A stretch of DNA of 9,640 bases. Origin: Verrucomicrobiota bacterium (lineage in GTDB: Bacteria; Verrucomicrobiota; Verrucomicrobiia; Chthoniobacterales; UBA6821). A program made the position numbers and the translations under genes. The DNA lies in assembly GCA_008932965.1 (NCBI GenBank), contig WBXG01000063.1:1-9640 (forward strand). Reading direction: 5' to 3'. Within the stretch, counting starts at the first letter, position 1. Each line of letters opens with the position of its first letter. Positions 6,626 to 9,640 of this stretch are shown here, piece by piece. The notes below the pieces were generated by a model. The model ran no database searches, was not told where the DNA came from, and saw only the letters and a program-made list of their open reading frames with translations.

Positions 6626-6811
6626 TTAACCCGGATATTTCATACTGAAGTGTCATGAGGCGCCGTGCAAAGCTTATTAGAACAAGGCGGGCGAAGGATT
6701 GGAATGCCGGGCTGTATGTCTCATACTGCCCAAATCACAATTCGAGACCAACGCAGTAATGATGAGCTTTCCACAAACCGTAATAGATTTAGTATGAAAT
6801 ATGCAGGTTAA
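6626..6811. mobile_element. Long (186-bp) copy (D) of the palindromic MITE-like repeat family
   Basis: Terminal inverted repeats ttaacccggatatttcatact (6626-6646) and agtatgaaatatgcaggttaa (6791-6811), 19/21 complementary. TTAA at both ends. Apex hairpin gtatg-tct-catac (6714-6726). Same orientation as copy C, judged from the shared asymmetric centre ggctgtatgt.tcatactgccc...caattcga....acgcagta. It lies between the divergent tRNA-Pro and DCC genes. Confidence 0.8.
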
Positions 6812-6854
6812 AGCTATACCTTGAGCAATCATCAAAATAGGGTACTCTTCATAC

Positions 6855-7271
6855 ATGAACGAACCTACGACAGATTTTAAAAAAAGCCCAAAACTATCTC
6901 TTCTCTATGATGGAGAATGCCCTTTTTGTAAGCGTGAAATTTCTTGGATGGCTAAGCACAATGAAAAAGGTCAGCTAGCCTTTGAGGATATTACTGCTCC
7001 TAATTTTGACCCCTCTCTTTATGGTTTAACTCAAGGGGAAGTAATGGGGGTGATTCATGGAATTAGGGATGATGGACGTATTATTAAAAAGGTGGAAGTT
7101 TTTGTAGAAGCCTACCGACTTTTAGGCCTTGGATGGCTGGTGACCCCCCTCACCTGGCCATTTATCCGTACGGTAGCAAACGTTGCTTATGAAATCTTTG
7201 CACGCTATCGAGTGCCGCTTGGTAAGATATTTGGCCGTGTTACGTGTACCTCTACACGTTGTAAAAAATAA
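6855..7271 (+). CDS. DCC-family thiol-disulfide oxidoreductase (DUF393/YuxK-like)
   Basis: 138-aa ORF with the family-defining N-terminal motif LLYDGECPFCKREI (D-G-x-C-x-x-C). Size is typical of DCC1-like proteins. Confidence 0.8.
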   Translation: MNEPTTDFKKSPKLSLLYDGECPFCKREISWMAKHNEKGQLAFEDITAPNFDPSLYGLTQGEVMGVIHGIRDDGRIIKKVEVFVEAYRLLGLGWLVTPLTWPFIRTVANVAYEIFARYRVPLGKIFGRVTCTSTRCKK

Positions 7272-7307
7272 TTTTTTAAAACTGTTATCTTCTTTATTTA
7301 GAATCCC

Positions 7308-7976
7308 ATGGTTCAGGTCGTTCATTTAAGCAAAAGCTATCAACTCCGTCCTGTATTAAATGATCTCTCTTTCTACATTGAAACTGGTAAAAGAGTTGCC
7401 CTCGTAGGTCCTTCCGGTTGCGGAAAAACAACTCTTCTTAATTGTTTAGGGGGAATAGATCGAGGTGATCGTGGTTCTATCGAAATTCATGGATGCAAAC
7501 TCGAAGAGCTTTCGAGTGAAGAGCTCACAAAAATGCGCCGAGAAAACATTGGAACTATATTTCAATTTTTTCATCTTCTTCCTACCCTAACAGTATTTGA
7601 AAATGTGGAATTTCCGTTGCAGTTACTCGGAGTACGTTCAGCAGAAAGAAAAGAACGCGTTTTAGAGCTACTAGACCGGGTTGGTTTACTTCATCGAGTT
7701 AAAGCCTTACCTACACAACTCTCCGGAGGAGAGATGCAGCGGGTTGCTATTGCTCGAGCTCTCATACACCGACCATCACTATTGCTCGCTGATGAGCCGA
7801 CTGGAAATTTAGATTCTGTCAATGGAGCCAAGGTTCTCGATCTTCTTGCCCAACTTTCGGATGAATATCATATCACCCTGCTCATGGTAACGCATAGTCA
7901 TGAAGCTGCCCGCATCTGTCATACTATTTTTGAAATGCGAGATGGTGTGATTATGGAGAAAAAAGAGATCAGGTGA
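7308..7976 (+). CDS. ABC transporter ATP-binding protein, LolD/MacB-type
   Basis: 222-aa ORF. Walker [11 protein letters not shown]-loop region [12 protein letters not shown] signature [15 protein letters not shown], Walker [14 protein letters not shown]-loop VTHS. It is followed by an FtsX-type permease. Confidence 0.9.
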   Translation: MVQVVHLSKSYQLRPVLNDLSFYIETGKRVALVGPSGCGKTTLLNCLGGIDRGDRGSIEIHGCKLEELSSEELTKMRRENIGTIFQFFHLLPTLTVFENVEFPLQLLGVRSAERKERVLELLDRVGLLHRVKALPTQLSGGEMQRVAIARALIHRPSLLLADEPTGNLDSVNGAKVLDLLAQLSDEYHITLLMVTHSHEAARICHTIFEMRDGVIMEKKEIR

Positions 7977-9640
7977 AAAAAATATCTTTGCTCCTCCTCC
8001 TTCTGAGACGAATGACTTTTCGTCATTGGCTCCAGGCACCCAAGCAAACGATCTTGCAAATTTTTATCCTCTCTTTAGGGATTGCTGTTTTCTTTTCCAT
8101 AAGGCTTGCCAATAAGGCTGCTATTAGCAGCTTTGAGCATTTTTCTACTCTTCTCAATCAAGAGAGCGATTATCAAATAAAACCCTCTTCGGGAGAACTT
8201 CCTGTAACGCTTTTAAAGGAATTGAAAAAGATGTTAGGCTCCATGCCTGTAGAATTGATTCCAATCCTGGAGCTTCGTGCGACATCTCCCCCTAAAGACC
8301 CCAAAAGCATTGCACCTCGCCCCCTTTTCCAACTCATAGGATGTGATCTTATTGCATTGCAAAATTTACAGTACTCAGACGAGCCTGAGAATTTTTCTAT
8401 GAATCAAGAGGAGAATAAAGAGACCTTACAAAGTCTTTTTGTCAGTCGTACATTAGCATCCGAGGAGAAGTTAAAAGTGGGAGATCCTTTTCCTTTGGTT
8501 CTAGGTAATGAGCTCTTCGAGTTTCATATTGCAGGATTGATCCCGGAATCAGAATCACGACCCAAGATCTCCTCTCGCTTACTTATTGTGGATCTTCCCC
8601 TGCTCCAAGAGCTAACGCACCACCAAGGACAATTATCGCAGATCAACTGCTCCCTACCTGAGGGCATTTTACGAAATCTAGGAAAAAAAAGACTTTTAGA
8701 GATTCTCCAAAAATCCCAGTCACAACTCGGAGGCTTTGAAATCTTCACCTCAAAAGATCAAAAGAGACAAGCTGCACTTATGACCCGGGCCTTTAGAATG
8801 AATCTCACTATCCTCTCGTTGATTGCCCTACTAGCTGGACTCTACCTCATTCTTCAGGCACTTGATGGAGCTGTGGTACGACGGCGAGGTGAAATCGCTG
8901 TATTGCGCTCACTAGGGGTTAGCAAGGAGATGATTCAAATTCACTGGCTTATTGAAGCTCTTTTATTGGGACTAGCGGGTGGTCTCTTAGGGAGTCTCTT
9001 AGGCTGGGGTGCTGCTCAATTTGCAGTTCGATCTATTGGTTCTATTGTTAACGCTCTTTATTTTACCACCACCGTGAACTCCGCAATGTTAGATGGAAGT
9101 GAATTTTTTCTAGCAATGATCCTTGCAGTGAGTTCTGCGGTACTCACCGGATGGTGGCCTGCCCATCAAGCTGCAGAGACCCCTCCAGCACAGATACTCT
9201 CACATGAGTTTGATAAAAATGTTCCCAAAGGTCTTTTTCAATCAATCCTAATGGGAATTGTGCTTTTACTACTCAGTGGACTCCTCTCCTTAGCACCAGC
9301 AGTAACTCTTTTTAATAGCACACGACTTCCCCTTTGCGGATATAGCGCCACACTTTTATTGATTTTAGGGGGAGGTATTTTCTGTGGTTTTTTTACTGAA
9401 AAGCTCGGCTTAGTAATGACTTATTTTGGAAAATTTTCTGTGGTGGTACGGTTAGCAGTAAGCCATTTACAACCACTCTCCAAACGTCACTATCTTGCTG
9501 CATCGGGAATCCTCTGTGGAGTAACCATGGCTGCTGGAATGCTTATTCTCATACAAAGTTTTGAGAAGACGATGCAACGCTGGATTTCTACGGTTTTTCA
9601 AGCCGATCTCTACATAAGCAGCGCTGATTACCAAGGAACC
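7973..9640 (+). CDS. FtsX-family ABC transporter permease (large, two-FtsX-domain YbbP/MacB-like type), 3'-truncated by the window end
   Basis: Not in the ORF track because no stop falls in the window. My own translation is open from GTG 7973 (overlapping the ATPase stop as GTGA) to 9640, 556 codons. The N-terminal TM is TILQIFILSLGIAVFFSIRLAN, followed by a ~230-aa extracytoplasmic domain. The FtsX core reads MNLTILSLIALLAGLYLILQALDGAVVRRRGEIAVLRSLGVSKEMIQIHWLIEALLLGLAGGLLG. A second TM block then begins. ATG 8012 is an alternative start. Confidence 0.8.
   Translation, partial: MKKISLLLLLLRRMTFRHWLQAPKQTILQIFILSLGIAVFFSIRLANKAAISSFEHFSTLLNQESDYQIKPSSGELPVTLLKELKKMLGSMPVELIPILELRATSPPKDPKSIAPRPLFQLIGCDLIALQNLQYSDEPENFSMNQEENKETLQSLFVSRTLASEEKLKVGDPFPLVLGNELFEFHIAGLIPESESRPKISSRLLIVDLPLLQELTHHQGQLSQINCSLPEGILRNLGKKRLLEILQKSQSQLGGFEIFTSKDQKRQAALMTRAFRMNLTILSLIALLAGLYLILQALDGAVVRRRGEIAVLRSLGVSKEMIQIHWLIEALLLGLAGGLLGSLLGWGAAQFAVRSIGSIVNALYFTTTVNSAMLDGSEFFLAMILAVSSAVLTGWWPAHQAAETPPAQILSHEFDKNVPKGLFQSILMGIVLLLLSGLLSLAPAVTLFNSTRLPLCGYSATLLLILGGGIFCGFFTEKLGLVMTYFGKFSVVVRLAVSHLQPLSKRHYLAASGILCGVTMAAGMLILIQSFEKTMQRWISTVFQADLYISSADYQGT

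Noticed and set aside
6655-6759. 34-aa Arg-rich ORF inside repeat copy D (MRRRAKLIRTRRAKDWNAGLYVSYCPNHNSRPTQ)
   Set aside because: It is not conserved in the homologous copy C, which has a different frame, different start and an early stop. The element therefore does not appear to carry a conserved peptide.
2642-6811. Repeated sequences considered as a possible CRISPR array
   Set aside because: The repeats are 143-186 bp imperfect palindromes with inverted termini. They are separated by 0.3-2.2 kb of genes, occur in mixed contexts and have no cas genes nearby. They are not short, regularly spaced direct repeats.
7122-7325. 67-aa minus-strand ORF
   Set aside because: It overlaps the 3' end of the DCC gene and the ABC ATPase start in antisense. 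It has no motifs and no independent support.
7809-8039. 76-aa minus-strand ORF
   Set aside because: It lies antisense across the ABC ATPase/permease junction, both of which have strong family motifs. Shadow ORF.
8524-8748. 74-aa minus-strand ORF
   Set aside because: It lies antisense inside the FtsX permease periplasmic-domain coding region, which is open in frame from 7973 to the window end.

Overview
Moderately AT-rich bacterial chromosomal window, mostly housekeeping genes. On the + strand, dapF-dapA-dapB (diaminopimelate/lysine pathway) is followed by folK-panB and a cation-diffusion-facilitator transporter, with abutting or overlapping stop/start codons. A short minus-strand island follows, holding tRNA-Pro(GGG), a secreted-type alpha/beta hydrolase and possibly a ~50-aa ORF. 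The + strand then resumes with a DCC-family thiol-disulfide oxidoreductase, a LolD/MacB-type ABC ATPase and a large FtsX-type permease that runs off the window end. I recognise no defence system, CRISPR array, prophage or biosynthetic cluster. The unusual signal is a family of TIR-bounded, imperfectly palindromic, non-coding MITE-like elements. There are four copies in 4.2 kb: one 143-bp copy, two of 184-186 bp, and one degenerate or chimeric copy. Intact copies are flanked by CTAG or TTAA. One long copy sits inside the hydrolase gene, between its signal peptide and catalytic domain. It adds exactly 180 bp (60 codons) with no stop codon, so the reading frame is preserved. Another copy is wedged exactly between two convergent stop codons. 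The two long copies bracket the tRNA in the same orientation. They also show compensatory changes that keep their arms complementary. All family assignments come from reading motifs by eye; no database search was possible.
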